A stretch of 64,000 nucleotides of DNA, taken from contig JBIOXB010000163.1 in the NCBI GenBank assembly GCA_044869275.1, positions 14,483 to 78,482 on the forward strand, written 5' to 3'. The notes under the pieces were generated by a model that saw only the letters and a program-made list of their open reading frames with translations, was not told the DNA's origin and searched no databases. Both the position numbers and the translations under genes were made by a program. This DNA comes from a bacterium (GTDB taxonomy: Bacteria > Zhuqueibacterota > Zhuqueibacteria > Zhuqueibacterales > Zhuqueibacteraceae). Position 1 is the stretch's first letter. Every line of letters starts with the position of its first letter. This document shows, piece by piece, positions 46,810-57,282 of this stretch.

Positions 46810-47427
46810 GTGGAAGTGAAGCGTGCGGTTTTCAGGTTTTTGCAGTGGCTGGTGCGCATGTATTTCCGGCTGCTCTTTCGCATGGAGGTGCGCGGCACGG
46901 AAAATTTTCCTCGCCGCGGCCGCGTGCTCGTCGCCTGCAATCACGTTTCCGGCTACGATCCGCCGCTGGTCGGCAGCGTCATTCCGCGCGCGGTTTATTT
47001 CCTGGGAAAGAGCGAGTTGTTCAAAATTCCCGGGCTCGCGGCGTTGATTCGTTTCTGCAATTGCATCCCGGTGGACCGCGCGGATTTCACCATCGCCACG
47101 CTCAAGAAAATCGAGCGCGTGCTCCAGCAGGAGGAGGCTTTGTTGCTTTTTCCGGAAGGCACACGCACGCGCACCGGCGAGCCGCTGCCCTGGAAGGCCG
47201 GCCTGGGACTGATTGCAGCGCGCAATCAGGCCGACATCGTCCCGGCGTATATCGAGAACTTGTTCGGCGTGCGCGGTTCAATACTCAAACGCCCGCGCAT
47301 GCGCATTACCTTCGGCGAAGTTTTGCGGATCGCTCCGCTGCTGCAAAACGGTGCGCACGGCAAAGAGTTGTATGCGCAAATCACTGCGATCGCGCAAACC
47401 AGATTGGAAGAATTGCACGCGCCATAG
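46810..47427 (+). CDS. plsC: 1-acyl-sn-glycerol-3-phosphate acyltransferase
   Basis: NHVSGYD, FPEGTR. Confidence 0.9.
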   Translation: MEVKRAVFRFLQWLVRMYFRLLFRMEVRGTENFPRRGRVLVACNHVSGYDPPLVGSVIPRAVYFLGKSELFKIPGLAALIRFCNCIPVDRADFTIATLKKIERVLQQEEALLLFPEGTRTRTGEPLPWKAGLGLIAARNQADIVPAYIENLFGVRGSILKRPRMRITFGEVLRIAPLLQNGAHGKELYAQITAIAQTRLEELHAP

Positions 47428-47631
47428 CGTCGAGGAAGCAGCTCTCGTTTTGCCCACTTCCATGCGTCCGCGAGTTTCATTTGTGGACGCCAGGTGGAAG
47501 GGAGAGCCTACATCGTTTTTCGCTTGACGATTCCCTTCTTTCTACTGCAAATATTTGCGGATAGAAGGAAGATCGTGCTCCGGCTTTCGGCCGAAGCTCA
47601 ATAAATTAATCCCCCAAGGAGGCTTTTTCAC

Positions 47632-49593
47632 ATGTTCAACCCCCAATCCAGTAACCCCGCGCCTGCGGAAGCCAATGCCGGAGCCTTGCCCGCCGGCACG
47701 CCCACCGCGGACGCGCTAGCTTCTCACCCAACCGCTTTGCAGAACGGCAAGAAGACCTCACGCTACGGTAGCGACATCAAAGTCGTTTCGCAGAACGAGC
47801 TCGTAGAAGAGCGTGACTATTCTGAGGAAGAATATGGCAATTTCAAGCGCCTGTATGAGGATACGCTTTCGGAGTTCGTCGAAGGCCAATTGCTGATCGG
47901 CAAAGTGCTGGCGATTACCAGCAAGGAAGTGGCCGTTGACATCGGCTTCAAGAGTGAAGGTGTGATTCCCATCGACGAGTTCGTCAATCCGGAGGAACTG
48001 AAAATCGGCGACGATATCGAAGTTTTCCTCGATAACGTCGAAGATCAAGACGGCCAGCTCGTGCTTTCCAAAAAGAAAGCCGATTTCATGCGCGTTTGGG
48101 AAAAAGTTTTGGAGGCGCACGAACGCGGCGAGATCGTGCGCGGCCGCTGCGTGCGCCGCATCAAAGGCGGCATCGTGGTCGATCTCATGGGCATCGACGC
48201 CTTCCTGCCCGGATCGCAAATCGATTTGAAGCCCATCCGCGATTTTGATGCCTATATCGGCCAGAAGATGGATTTCCGCGTGGTGAAAGTCAATGAGCTG
48301 CGCAAAAATATCGTGGTGTCGCATCGCGTGCTCGTGGAAGAGGCCATGTCCGAGCAGCGCGGGAAGATTCTCGCTCATTTGGCCAAAGGCCAGGTGCTCG
48401 AAGGAATGGTCAAGAACATCACCGACTTCGGCGTGTTCATCGATCTCGGCGGCGTGGACGGCTTGTTGCACATCAACGATCTGTCCTGGGGCCGCGTCGG
48501 CCATCCTTCTGAGATCGTCTCGCTCGATCAAAAGATCAAGGTGCAGGTGCTGGATTACAATGAGGCCAAGGACCGGATTTCGCTGGGCCTCAAGCAATTG
48601 CTGCCGCATCCGTGGATCGACGTTGACAAGAAATACCCGGTGGGCTCCGTGATTCGCGGCAAAGTGGTGAGCATTTCCGATTACGGCGCTTTCGTGGAAC
48701 TGGAAAAAGGCGTCGAAGGCCTGATCCACATTTCAGAAATGAGCTGGACCCAGCACATTCGCCACCCCAGCAAGCTGGTTTCCGTCGGCGAAATGGTCGA
48801 TGCCAAGGTGTTGAACATCGATCTCGAAGAGCGTAAAATTTCCCTCGGCCTCAAGCAGCTCGAGCCGGATCCCTGGCAGGACATCGAAAGAAAGTATCCC
48901 GTGGGCTCGCATCAAAAAGGCGTGGTGCGCAACCTCACCAACTTCGGCGCTTTCGTGGAGTTGGAGGAGGGTATTGACGGCTTGGTGCACATCTCCGATC
49001 TGTCGTGGACCAAAAAGATTCGCCATCCCGGCGAAGTGGTGAAGAAAGGCGACGAGATCGACGTGGTGGTGTTGAACGTCGACAAAAACAACCGGCGCAT
49101 TTCACTGGGCTACAAACAGACCAAGGTGAACCCCTGGGATATTTTTGAGAACGAGTACAAAGTTCACACCAAGACCCAGGGCAAGATCGTGCGCATGATC
49201 GATAAGGGTGTGATCATCGAATTGCCCTCTGAAGTCGACGGCTTTGTGCCGATTTCGCATCTCGCCAAGCCGAATCTCACCAAACCGGCGGACGGTTATG
49301 CCGTGGGTGATTCCCTGGAGCTGGTGGTCATCGAATTCAACAAGGATAACAAAAAGATCATCCTGTCTGAAAAGCTGACCAAAGAGCAGCTCGCCGAAGG
49401 CGAAGGCGGCAAGAAAAAGAAGAAGGGCAAAAAAGGCACTGAAGCCGAGGCCGCTGTTCCGGCCGAGGGCGAAGGCATCGTGACCGGCTATGAAGATTTC
49501 AATATCGAGGACAGCTACCCCATCGAAGGAACGCCGTCCGGAGAATCTTCTGCCGCCACACCGCCCGCGCCTGCCGGGCCGGAGAACAGTTGA
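47632..49593 (+). CDS. rpsA: 30S ribosomal protein S1
   Basis: Six S1 repeats (AFLPGSQID, DGLLHI.DLSW, EGLIHISEMSW); AAGGAGG RBS. Confidence 0.97.
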   Translation: MFNPQSSNPAPAEANAGALPAGTPTADALASHPTALQNGKKTSRYGSDIKVVSQNELVEERDYSEEEYGNFKRLYEDTLSEFVEGQLLIGKVLAITSKEVAVDIGFKSEGVIPIDEFVNPEELKIGDDIEVFLDNVEDQDGQLVLSKKKADFMRVWEKVLEAHERGEIVRGRCVRRIKGGIVVDLMGIDAFLPGSQIDLKPIRDFDAYIGQKMDFRVVKVNELRKNIVVSHRVLVEEAMSEQRGKILAHLAKGQVLEGMVKNITDFGVFIDLGGVDGLLHINDLSWGRVGHPSEIVSLDQKIKVQVLDYNEAKDRISLGLKQLLPHPWIDVDKKYPVGSVIRGKVVSISDYGAFVELEKGVEGLIHISEMSWTQHIRHPSKLVSVGEMVDAKVLNIDLEERKISLGLKQLEPDPWQDIERKYPVGSHQKGVVRNLTNFGAFVELEEGIDGLVHISDLSWTKKIRHPGEVVKKGDEIDVVVLNVDKNNRRISLGYKQTKVNPWDIFENEYKVHTKTQGKIVRMIDKGVIIELPSEVDGFVPISHLAKPNLTKPADGYAVGDSLELVVIEFNKDNKKIILSEKLTKEQLAEGEGGKKKKKGKKGTEAEAAVPAEGEGIVTGYEDFNIEDSYPIEGTPSGESSAATPPAPAGPENS

Positions 49594-49802
49594 TCTGAAC
49601 GGAAGCGTGTCGTGCGACCGTGCCGCCCGGCGGCACGGTCGCCAACATGCTTTTGGTCCCATGTCATTTTCTCGTCGCGCTTTGGGGCGGCTGGGCAGTT
49701 GCCAACGTGCAGCGCCTGAAGCACCGCGATCAACCTGCGCGCGTTTCAATCTCAAACGCGCCAATCGCATCATCATCTGCTGTTGGAGCGAGGTTTTCTC
49801 TG

Positions 49803-50672
49803 ATGAAATCGCACAGCAGTTTTTCCTACCTCTTGAGCATCGCCGCCGCGTTTTTTTCATTTCCGGTAATCTCGCACAGCCAGATTTCCGAGCCGGAAAT
49901 TCTTTCCTTATTGGCGGAAAATCAAATCGCCGTCGCACAAGAGCGTGTGAATGCGGCGTATCAACGCGATCCCAATTCGTCCCTGGCCGCCTACTATCGC
50001 GCATTGTTTGAAGAGAATGCGGAGACTGCCACCTCCTCTTTTCAAAACGTGGCAAAACGCTTCAAAAGCTCGGAATTTGCCGAGCGCGCGCTGTATCGCT
50101 TGGGGCAGTATCATTTCGCGCGTGGGAGCTATATGCGGGCGCGGGAATTCTTTCAGGAATTGGCCGCGAATTATCCGCGCTCACCTTTGGCCGTATCCGG
50201 CCAATACTTCGCAGCCAAGGCAGCGATGATCTCCGGGCAGCCGGCGCCAGCGCGGGAGGAATTGCTGACCGTTCTGCAGAGCTCCCCCGGCACATGGATG
50301 GCGGATTTTGCACGCGAGGATCTGGCCAAGCTGGGGACCACGGCGCCGGCGGCAGCTGAGGCCACGCGCACTGCCGCGGACAAGAAAACGGAGGAGCATC
50401 CGAAATCCGAAAACCAGGACGCCCGCCCGGAAAACTCACGCTATGCCGTGCAAGCGGGCGCCTTCTCGGAAAAGAGCAAAGCGCAGGATTTGGAAAAACG
50501 ATTCAGAGGCTCGGGCTATAAAACCGAAGTGCACGAGCGCAAAGACGGCGCGCGCAAGTATTATTTGGTCTGGGTGGGATCCTTCTCCCAACGGGACGAA
50601 GCCTGGAAGTGCGCAGACGATCTGAGAAAAAATTATAATGTAAAATCCCACGTGGTGCGTCGCGATGATTAG
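49803..50672 (+). CDS. Exported TPR + SPOR-domain protein
   Basis: Signal peptide, ALYRLG TPR, YAVQAGAFS....A and Y.VWVGSF. Confidence 0.85.
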   Translation: MKSHSSFSYLLSIAAAFFSFPVISHSQISEPEILSLLAENQIAVAQERVNAAYQRDPNSSLAAYYRALFEENAETATSSFQNVAKRFKSSEFAERALYRLGQYHFARGSYMRAREFFQELAANYPRSPLAVSGQYFAAKAAMISGQPAPAREELLTVLQSSPGTWMADFAREDLAKLGTTAPAAAEATRTAADKKTEEHPKSENQDARPENSRYAVQAGAFSEKSKAQDLEKRFRGSGYKTEVHERKDGARKYYLVWVGSFSQRDEAWKCADDLRKNYNVKSHVVRRDD

Positions 50673-51879
50673 CTTGCGTGAGGCCTATGAGATCGTGATC
50701 GAGCGCACGCCGCGCCTGGAGGCGGAGACCGTGCCTTTGCTCCGTGCTGCCAGGCGGGTGCTCGCAGAAGACGTGGCCGCGGACGTGAATATGCCGCCGT
50801 TCCCGCGCAGCAGCATGGACGGCTATGCCGTGCGCGCGGCTGATTTGACCACGGCGCCCACCCGCTTGCAGGTCGTTGCCAGTATCGCGGCCGGCACGTT
50901 TCCGGATTTTGCATTGCAGCCCGGACAAGCGGCCAAGATCATGACCGGCGCGCCGGTGCCAACCGGCGCCGATGCGGTGCAGATGGTCGAAAAAACGCGC
51001 ACGTGCGAGCAAGCAAACCATGTTGAAGTTTTGGAGCGCGTCAGCACGAGCGCCAACATTACGCCGGCAGGCAGTGAAGCAAAACAAGGGGAAACCGTCT
51101 TGCGCGCCGGTACTTTTATTTCCCCGGCTGCCATGGGCTTGCTGGCGGCCGTCGGCAAAAGCGAAGTGCGTGTCTTTCGCGCGCCGGAAGTAGGCATTTT
51201 GACGACCGGCGATGAATTGGTTGAAATCACCGCCACACCGGTGCGCGCCCAAATTCGCAATTCCAATGGCTATGCCTTGTTCGCGCAAATTGAAAAGGCG
51301 GGAGGCGCGCCCAAATTGCTCGGCGTGGCGCGCGATCAAAAGCATGACCTTCGGGAAAAAATCGCGTCCGGCTTGAACGGTGATATGTTGCTGCTCACCG
51401 GCGGCGTTTCCGCGGGTGATCTTGATTTTGTCGAGGAGGTTTTTGCGCAATCTGGCTTTGAGATTTTTTTCAACAAAGTCGCGGTGAAGCCGGGAAAACC
51501 CGTGGTGTTTGCGCGCGCCGGCAACATCCTGATCTTCGGCCTGCCCGGCAATCCCGTGTCTGCGGCAACGATGTTTGAATTATTGGTACGGCCGGCGATG
51601 CGAAAAATGATGGGCTTCGGCGTTTATGCAAATCCCATGGTGCACGCGCAATTGGTCGAACGTTTTGCCAACCGCTCGCAGCGCGAATTCTATGCGCCGG
51701 CGTGGGCGTGGTACGAAAGCGGAAAATTTTTTGTCCGCCCCCTGCCGGCCAAGGGCAGCGGCGACGTCGTGACTTATGCCGCCAGCAACGCCTATCTGAT
51801 TTGCCCGATCACGCGCACGGAATTGGCAGCGGAGGAAGTGGTGGAAGTGATGTTGCGGACGGAGTATTTTTATCATTAA
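50665..51879 (+). CDS. moeA: Molybdopterin molybdenumtransferase
   Basis: SSMDGYA, IMTGAPVP.GAD, TGDEL, GGVSAGD.D, KPGKP, GLPGNP. Confidence 0.95.
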   Translation: MISLREAYEIVIERTPRLEAETVPLLRAARRVLAEDVAADVNMPPFPRSSMDGYAVRAADLTTAPTRLQVVASIAAGTFPDFALQPGQAAKIMTGAPVPTGADAVQMVEKTRTCEQANHVEVLERVSTSANITPAGSEAKQGETVLRAGTFISPAAMGLLAAVGKSEVRVFRAPEVGILTTGDELVEITATPVRAQIRNSNGYALFAQIEKAGGAPKLLGVARDQKHDLREKIASGLNGDMLLLTGGVSAGDLDFVEEVFAQSGFEIFFNKVAVKPGKPVVFARAGNILIFGLPGNPVSAATMFELLVRPAMRKMMGFGVYANPMVHAQLVERFANRSQREFYAPAWAWYESGKFFVRPLPAKGSGDVVTYAASNAYLICPITRTELAAEEVVEVMLRTEYFYH

Positions 51880-51900
51880 TTCTTCACGAGTAAAAATGGT

Positions 51901-52076
51901 TCATTGCCCGGTTGTGTTTCACAAGGCAAGACTCGTGGTGAAGCTTTAGCCAATGTTCAGGAAGCCATTCAAGCCTATATCGGAAGCCTTGAGAAACACG
52001 GCGAGCCTGTTCCTCGCGCACAATCATTCGGGAAGCTGGCTTGAGTGTGGATGAATTCATCGCTTTACTTTCTTGA
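51901..52076 (+). pseudogene. Collapsed hicB-hicA toxin-antitoxin remnant
   Basis: 51901-52014 reads SLPGCVSQGKTRGEALANVQEAIQAYIGSLEKHGEPVP (HicB core, no start codon). 52017-52076 reads RTIIREAGLSVDEFIALLS* (HicA C-terminus). Confidence 0.85.
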
Positions 52077-52090
52077 CTTTGGATAAACTC

Positions 52091-52396
52091 ATGCCTTTTC
52101 GCACAACCTCCAAAGCCATGCGTGATCCCTCCTTCTGGCGCTTGCTGTTGCACTTGCCCAAAACCGCACGCCTGGTGCTGCGCTTGCTCAAGGACCCCCG
52201 CGTCCCGCTCGCCGGCAAACTCGTGTTCGGGCTGGCGCTCGCGTATCTGATCTCGCCGCTGGATTTGATTCCCGACTTCGTTTTTCCGATCATCGGCCAC
52301 TTGGATGATCTCGGCGTGCTGCTGGCCGGCGTGCGGTATTTACTGCGGCAGACGCCGCCGCCCATCCTCGAGGAGCACCTTGCCCAGCTTGCATAG
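52091..52396 (+). CDS. DUF1232/YkvA-family membrane protein
   Basis: DPRVP...K......AYL.SPLDLIPD...IG.LDD. Confidence 0.9.
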   Translation: MPFRTTSKAMRDPSFWRLLLHLPKTARLVLRLLKDPRVPLAGKLVFGLALAYLISPLDLIPDFVFPIIGHLDDLGVLLAGVRYLLRQTPPPILEEHLAQLA

Positions 52397-52450
52397 GCGT
52401 ATTTTGTTGCGCAACTCCATTCCAGGTTTCTAACAAACGAGCAGCTCTCT

Positions 52451-54367
52451 ATGGCATGCCATTGGAATTTTCCCCAACAACTGCAGCACGAATCATTTTA
52501 CGATGGTGCCGAGTGCGCGGGAGCATTCCAACCGCATGACACAAAAGGGCTTTGTCTGAAGAGCGTGCTCGTCTTTTGTCTCACCTTCTTTTTCCCGCTG
52601 CACGCGCAAGACTTGAAAGTCGAGATTATCTACCCCCGCGAGGATTTGACTGTCACGGCTTACGACTCGACTTTCATCTTTGGAAATTATTCGCCCTCCT
52701 CTGCGCAATTGGCCATCAACGGCGTGCACCCGAAACGATACCCCAATGGCACTTTCTTGGGCATGGTCCCGGTCCAACCTGGCCGATTCTCCTTTCGCGT
52801 CGTGGTGCGTCGCGATTCCACGGCGGACTCTGATTCCGCCGTCTCCGTGCGGCAAGTCAATATTCCGCCATTTTTGCTTGCCTCTCCGCTCATGCCGCTG
52901 ACGATCGATACCAGTTTTATTTTTCCCGCAAACGACTTGGAGCTCTCGCCGGGAGACTTGCTGGGTGTCGCGCTCAAGGGCTCGCCAGGCGTGCGCGCCA
53001 CTTTTTCAATTGAAGGCGTTGCGAGCTTTCTGCCCATGGCGGAGCAGCCGGCGCGGGAACAATTCTATTGGGGCGAAGCGGTATTCGGCCGGGCCAAGCC
53101 CCCGAGCACGCCGGAAGTGCCGGGCATTTACACCGGTGTTTACCAGATTCGTGAAGCGGATACCGCGTTTGCCGCCCGGGTGTTTTTTCAATTTACCAAC
53201 GCGCGCGGCGAGCTCGCACGAGCGATCGCGCCCGGCAAGCTCAGTGTGCGAGCGGAGCGCGTGCCGCGCGTGGCGCACTTGAACAGCGAGCTCACTATCG
53301 GCCGCACGGCGCCAGGCAAGGCGTATCAGTTTTTTCTGCCCGCGGGCGTGAAGCTCACCGTCTCGGGCCGGGACGGCGACTATTATCGCGTCCCTTTGCT
53401 GCACGACGAAACCATCTGGGTGCCGCGCACGGATTGCGAGTTTCTGCCCGCGGGCACGCCGCCCGCCAGAAGCATCGCGCAAGTGGCACGCACCACGGGC
53501 TTTCCCGACCGCACGCGCCTGACCATCTTTTTGCAGGAACGCGTGCCTTTCAAGATCGAGCAGAGCACGAAACCGAACCGCATTGAAATCATTCTCTACG
53601 GCGTGACCGCGGACACGGATTGGATTCGCCACGATGAAGGCGATTCACTGGTGGGCGAGATTCGCTGGTTGCAGGAACGCGATCAAAAATACCGTCTGCG
53701 CATTGACCTGAATCAAAAACAGCAATGGGGGTATCGCGCCTTTTTTGAAAATTCGAATCTCATTCTCGACATCAAGAAGACGCCCAAGCTGCCAGGCTGG
53801 CCGCAGCGGCCGCTGAAAGATTTGTGGATTTGCGTGGATCCCGGCCACGGCCCGGACGAAGGCGCGATCGGACCAAGCGGCTCGAACGAAAAGACCACGA
53901 CCCTGATTTGGGCGGGATTGCTGAAAAAAAAGCTGGAAGCGCGCGGCGCGCGGGTACTCATGACGCGTTCAGGGCAGGAAGGCATCACGCTGGGCGCGCG
54001 GGCGAAATACGCCGAGGTGGCCAATGCCGACCTTTTTGTGAGCCTGCACTTCAACGCGCTGCCGGACGGCGTCAATCCGTTTCTCAATCACGGCAGCAGC
54101 GTTTACTATTTCCATCCGCACAGCTATCTGCTCGCCGACCGGATTTTAAAAAGGTTGCTAGTGAGTTTGAAGCTTCCTAATTTCGGCCTGTACTACGATA
54201 ACCTGGCGGTCTGCCGCATCACCAGCATGCCTGCGGTGCTGATCGAGCCGGCATTCATCATGCACCCGCTCGAGGAAGCCGCCATTCTGGATGCGCGCGT
54301 GCAAGAGCAGGGCGTGAATGCCATCGTGCGTGGCCTCGAGGATTTTGTCCGCGCGGCAAAAGAATAG
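52451..54367 (+). CDS. N-acetylmuramoyl-L-alanine amidase (Amidase_3) with long N-terminal region
   Basis: VDPGHG, EK, MTR, SLHFN, AVLIE; the true start is probably near 52556 (signal-like LKSVLVFCL). Confidence 0.85.
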   Translation: MACHWNFPQQLQHESFYDGAECAGAFQPHDTKGLCLKSVLVFCLTFFFPLHAQDLKVEIIYPREDLTVTAYDSTFIFGNYSPSSAQLAINGVHPKRYPNGTFLGMVPVQPGRFSFRVVVRRDSTADSDSAVSVRQVNIPPFLLASPLMPLTIDTSFIFPANDLELSPGDLLGVALKGSPGVRATFSIEGVASFLPMAEQPAREQFYWGEAVFGRAKPPSTPEVPGIYTGVYQIREADTAFAARVFFQFTNARGELARAIAPGKLSVRAERVPRVAHLNSELTIGRTAPGKAYQFFLPAGVKLTVSGRDGDYYRVPLLHDETIWVPRTDCEFLPAGTPPARSIAQVARTTGFPDRTRLTIFLQERVPFKIEQSTKPNRIEIILYGVTADTDWIRHDEGDSLVGEIRWLQERDQKYRLRIDLNQKQQWGYRAFFENSNLILDIKKTPKLPGWPQRPLKDLWICVDPGHGPDEGAIGPSGSNEKTTTLIWAGLLKKKLEARGARVLMTRSGQEGITLGARAKYAEVANADLFVSLHFNALPDGVNPFLNHGSSVYYFHPHSYLLADRILKRLLVSLKLPNFGLYYDNLAVCRITSMPAVLIEPAFIMHPLEEAAILDARVQEQGVNAIVRGLEDFVRAAKE

Positions 54368-54380
54368 GACGACGTGAAAG

Positions 54381-54887
54381 ATGAGAAAGGATTTTCTTTA
54401 TTGCCCGAAGTGCGCCGGGCCGTTGCTTTTTCAGTTCACCGAAGGGCGAGAACGGCAAGTTTGTTCGCAATGCAAATTCATTTTCTATCAGAATCCCATT
54501 CCGGCGGCGGCCGTCATCCTGCAGCGCAGTGATGAAATTGTATTGGTGCAGCGCAAGTTCGAGCCGCATGTGGGCGATTGGAGTCTGCCCGCGGGTTTCG
54601 TGGAGTGGGGTGAAAGCGCGGAAGAAACCGCGGTGCGTGAAGCCAAGGAAGAAACCAATCTGGATATCGCCGTGCGCGGCCTGTACGGCGTTTATTCCGC
54701 GCGCGAGTATTGGGAGTATCAAATTCTTCTCGTGGTTTATCGCGCAGAAATTTTACGGGGCGAGATCGAGGCCGGGGATGATGCCTGGGATGCGCGTTAT
54801 TTTAAGTTTTCCGCGTTGCCGCCGAACGTCGCTTTTCGCATTCACCGCGACATTTTGGCCGCGCTCACCAAAGAAAAGAACTTGTAA
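54381..54887 (+). CDS. NUDIX hydrolase with N-terminal zinc ribbon
   Basis: CPKC..CSQC; PAGFVE.GES....A.RE..EET. Confidence 0.92.
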   Translation: MRKDFLYCPKCAGPLLFQFTEGRERQVCSQCKFIFYQNPIPAAAVILQRSDEIVLVQRKFEPHVGDWSLPAGFVEWGESAEETAVREAKEETNLDIAVRGLYGVYSAREYWEYQILLVVYRAEILRGEIEAGDDAWDARYFKFSALPPNVAFRIHRDILAALTKEKNL

Positions 54888-55349
54888 ATGAAGCTGGAAT
54901 TGCGAATGTTTTACCGTGCGAAAATCCTGGCCGCCGCCTTGCTCACGGGGTTGAACTGGTGGAGCTGCCAATCCACCGACAAGCCGCAGCCGCTGCCGGC
55001 GCCGGAAAAGCAACCTCCAAGAACGTTGATGAAAACGGACAACCTGCAGAAAGTCTATCTCGACGAAATGCCGAAAGCCTTTGCGCTGGCAGCACAACAA
55101 AAAACGGTGCTGAAAGTGACTGGCAACCTCCCCAGCGGCGCGTACAAGTTTGATCACACGCAGGTGGAAGTGAAAGACATGGTGGTTGAAATCACGCCGT
55201 GGGCGCAGTACGATCCCAACGTGATGGCAATTCAAATGCTCATTCCTTTTGCCGACAGCGTGATGATCGGGCCGTTGCCGCCGGGCGAATATGTGCTTCG
55301 CTTTCACGAGCGTGCCGGCGCGCAGTCGGCGAAGCTCGAGGTGAGGTGA
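54888..55349 (+). CDS. Putative lipoprotein
   Basis: Hydrophobic leader ending WWSC; small beta-rich domain (L.PGEY.L). Confidence 0.65.
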   Translation: MKLELRMFYRAKILAAALLTGLNWWSCQSTDKPQPLPAPEKQPPRTLMKTDNLQKVYLDEMPKAFALAAQQKTVLKVTGNLPSGAYKFDHTQVEVKDMVVEITPWAQYDPNVMAIQMLIPFADSVMIGPLPPGEYVLRFHERAGAQSAKLEVR

Positions 55350-55363
55350 TGAGTTTTTGCGTC

Positions 55364-55424
55364 TTACACGTTACACCTTACACTTTACACGTGTAAGGTG
55401 TAACGTGTAAAGTGTAACGTGTAA
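55364..55424. repeat. Loop-less palindromic heptamer array (TTACACN)n(NGTGTAA)n
   Basis: Centred on TTACACGTGTAA; second copy at 62512. Confidence 0.92.
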
Positions 55425-55451
55425 ATCCATTGTGATAGTTAGATTCTGTGG

Positions 55452-56435
55452 GTGAACTCTACTGGTGAGTCATTCGTGACCGGCTTTTACTATCATCGTA
55501 CGTTCTTGCATCATGACACCGGCGCAGGCCATCCCGAGCAGCCGGCGCGCTTGCGCGCGATCATGGAACATTTCGAAGCAGCCGGGCTCTTGCAGAGAAT
55601 GGAAGCGGGCGAACCGCCGCCAAAATCACGCGAGATTTTGGAGCTGGTTCATCCGCCGGCGTACGTTGATTACATCGCCAAGAGCTGCCAGGCTGATCTG
55701 GTGATGCTGGATTCGGACACGGTGGCCTCGCAGCATTCTTTCACCGCCGCATTGTTGGCGGCCAGCGCCGCGGTGGCTGCGGTTGACCAGGTGAGCTCGG
55801 GCAAATGGCAAAACGCTTTTTGCGCCGTGCGGCCGCCGGGCCACCACGCCGAAGTGAATCGCGCCATGGGTTTTTGTTTGTTCAACAACGTTGCGATTGC
55901 CGCGGAATGGCTGCGCCGCAATCGTCGCGCCGAACGGGTATTGATCATCGATTGGGACGTGCATCACGGCAACGGCACGCAAGATATCTTCTATGCTCGC
56001 GCCGACGTGTTCTATTTCAGCGCGCACGAATGGCCGCTCTATCCCGGCACGGGCCGTGAGCATGAAACCGGCGCCGGAGAAGGTGAGGGCGCAACGCGCA
56101 ATTTGCCCATTGCGCCATACACGCCCGCGGCGGAATATCGCGCGCTCTTTTCGCAGGCCATGCACGAGACCTTCGCCGGCTTCAAGCCGGATTTTGTCCT
56201 GCTCTCCGCCGGATTCGATGCGCATCGTGATGATCCGCTCGCGCATTTGCAATTGACCGAAGATGATTTTGCGGAGATGACGGCATTGGTGTTGCAGCAG
56301 GCGCGGCAGTACTGCGGCGATCGCGTGGTTTCCGTGCTGGAAGGAGGATATCATTTGAGCGCCCTGCCGCGCTCCGCCGCTGCGCATGTGGAAGCCATGA
56401 TTGCCGCGGCGCGGGCCCGCACGAGCCGCGACTGA
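55452..56435 (+). CDS. Histone-deacetylase-family (AcuC/HDAH-like) amidohydrolase
   Basis: HPE.PARL, RPPGHHA, GFC.FNN, DWDVHHGNGTQ, SAGFD, LEGGY. Confidence 0.93.
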   Translation: MNSTGESFVTGFYYHRTFLHHDTGAGHPEQPARLRAIMEHFEAAGLLQRMEAGEPPPKSREILELVHPPAYVDYIAKSCQADLVMLDSDTVASQHSFTAALLAASAAVAAVDQVSSGKWQNAFCAVRPPGHHAEVNRAMGFCLFNNVAIAAEWLRRNRRAERVLIIDWDVHHGNGTQDIFYARADVFYFSAHEWPLYPGTGREHETGAGEGEGATRNLPIAPYTPAAEYRALFSQAMHETFAGFKPDFVLLSAGFDAHRDDPLAHLQLTEDDFAEMTALVLQQARQYCGDRVVSVLEGGYHLSALPRSAAAHVEAMIAAARARTSRD

Positions 56436-56542
56436 ACAAAACGGTTAGGTTTCAGGAATGACGGCTGGTGCTGCGCCAGGCGTTGAACGTGAGCCGTAAA
56501 CGAGGCCCTTGTGGTTGATTGCATTCGTCAGAGCACAAAAAC

Positions 56543-57223
56543 ATGAGCACTTTCTGGTGGGAAGAAAATGAGTTGAGCGAAGATGAGCTCGCCGGCAAGC
56601 GCCGGCGCATGGTCGAGCAACAAATCGAGCGCCGCGGCATACATGATCAGCGCCTGCTCGAAGCGATGCGCCATGTGCCCCGCCATTTGTTCGTGCCCGA
56701 ACGCTTTCAAGCGACGGCTTACGAGGACAGTCCGGTGCCTTTGGGCTTCGATCAAACCGTGTCGCAGCCCTATATCGTGGCGTTCATGATCGACGCGCTG
56801 CAACTGGCCGGCGTCGAAAGAGTTCTTGAGATCGGCACGGGCTCGGGTTATCAAGCGGCGTTGTTGTCTTTCCTCTGCCACGAGGTCTATTCGGTTGAAA
56901 TCATACCCGAGCTGACCGCACGCGCGGCCCATTTGATCAAAGAAATGGACTATGCCAATGTGCACCTGCGCAACGGCGACGGCTACATCGGCTGGCCCGA
57001 AGCCGCGCCCTTCGATCGCATCATTCTGGCCGCCGCCCCCAATCATGTTCCGGAAATGCTGGTGGAGCAGTTGGCCCGGGGGGGTCGCATGATTCTGCCG
57101 CTCGGAGACAAAGATCAGCGGCTGGTGATTTTAACCAAAGATTTGGAAGGCAACCTGAGCCGCACGGAATCGGTCGGCGTCAAATTCGTGCCGATGACCG
57201 GCCTCGCGGGTTCGACGAATTAG
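56543..57223 (+). CDS. pcm: Protein-L-isoaspartate O-methyltransferase
   Basis: VPRHLFV, QTVSQP, VLEIGTGSGYQAA, APFDRI, FVPM. Confidence 0.95.
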   Translation: MSTFWWEENELSEDELAGKRRRMVEQQIERRGIHDQRLLEAMRHVPRHLFVPERFQATAYEDSPVPLGFDQTVSQPYIVAFMIDALQLAGVERVLEIGTGSGYQAALLSFLCHEVYSVEIIPELTARAAHLIKEMDYANVHLRNGDGYIGWPEAAPFDRIILAAAPNHVPEMLVEQLARGGRMILPLGDKDQRLVILTKDLEGNLSRTESVGVKFVPMTGLAGSTN

Positions 57224-57282
57224 CTTCCGGTGTGAAACTCCTGGTCTTGAGATCGAAATGCCTAGCAATGGATTGAGGCTTT

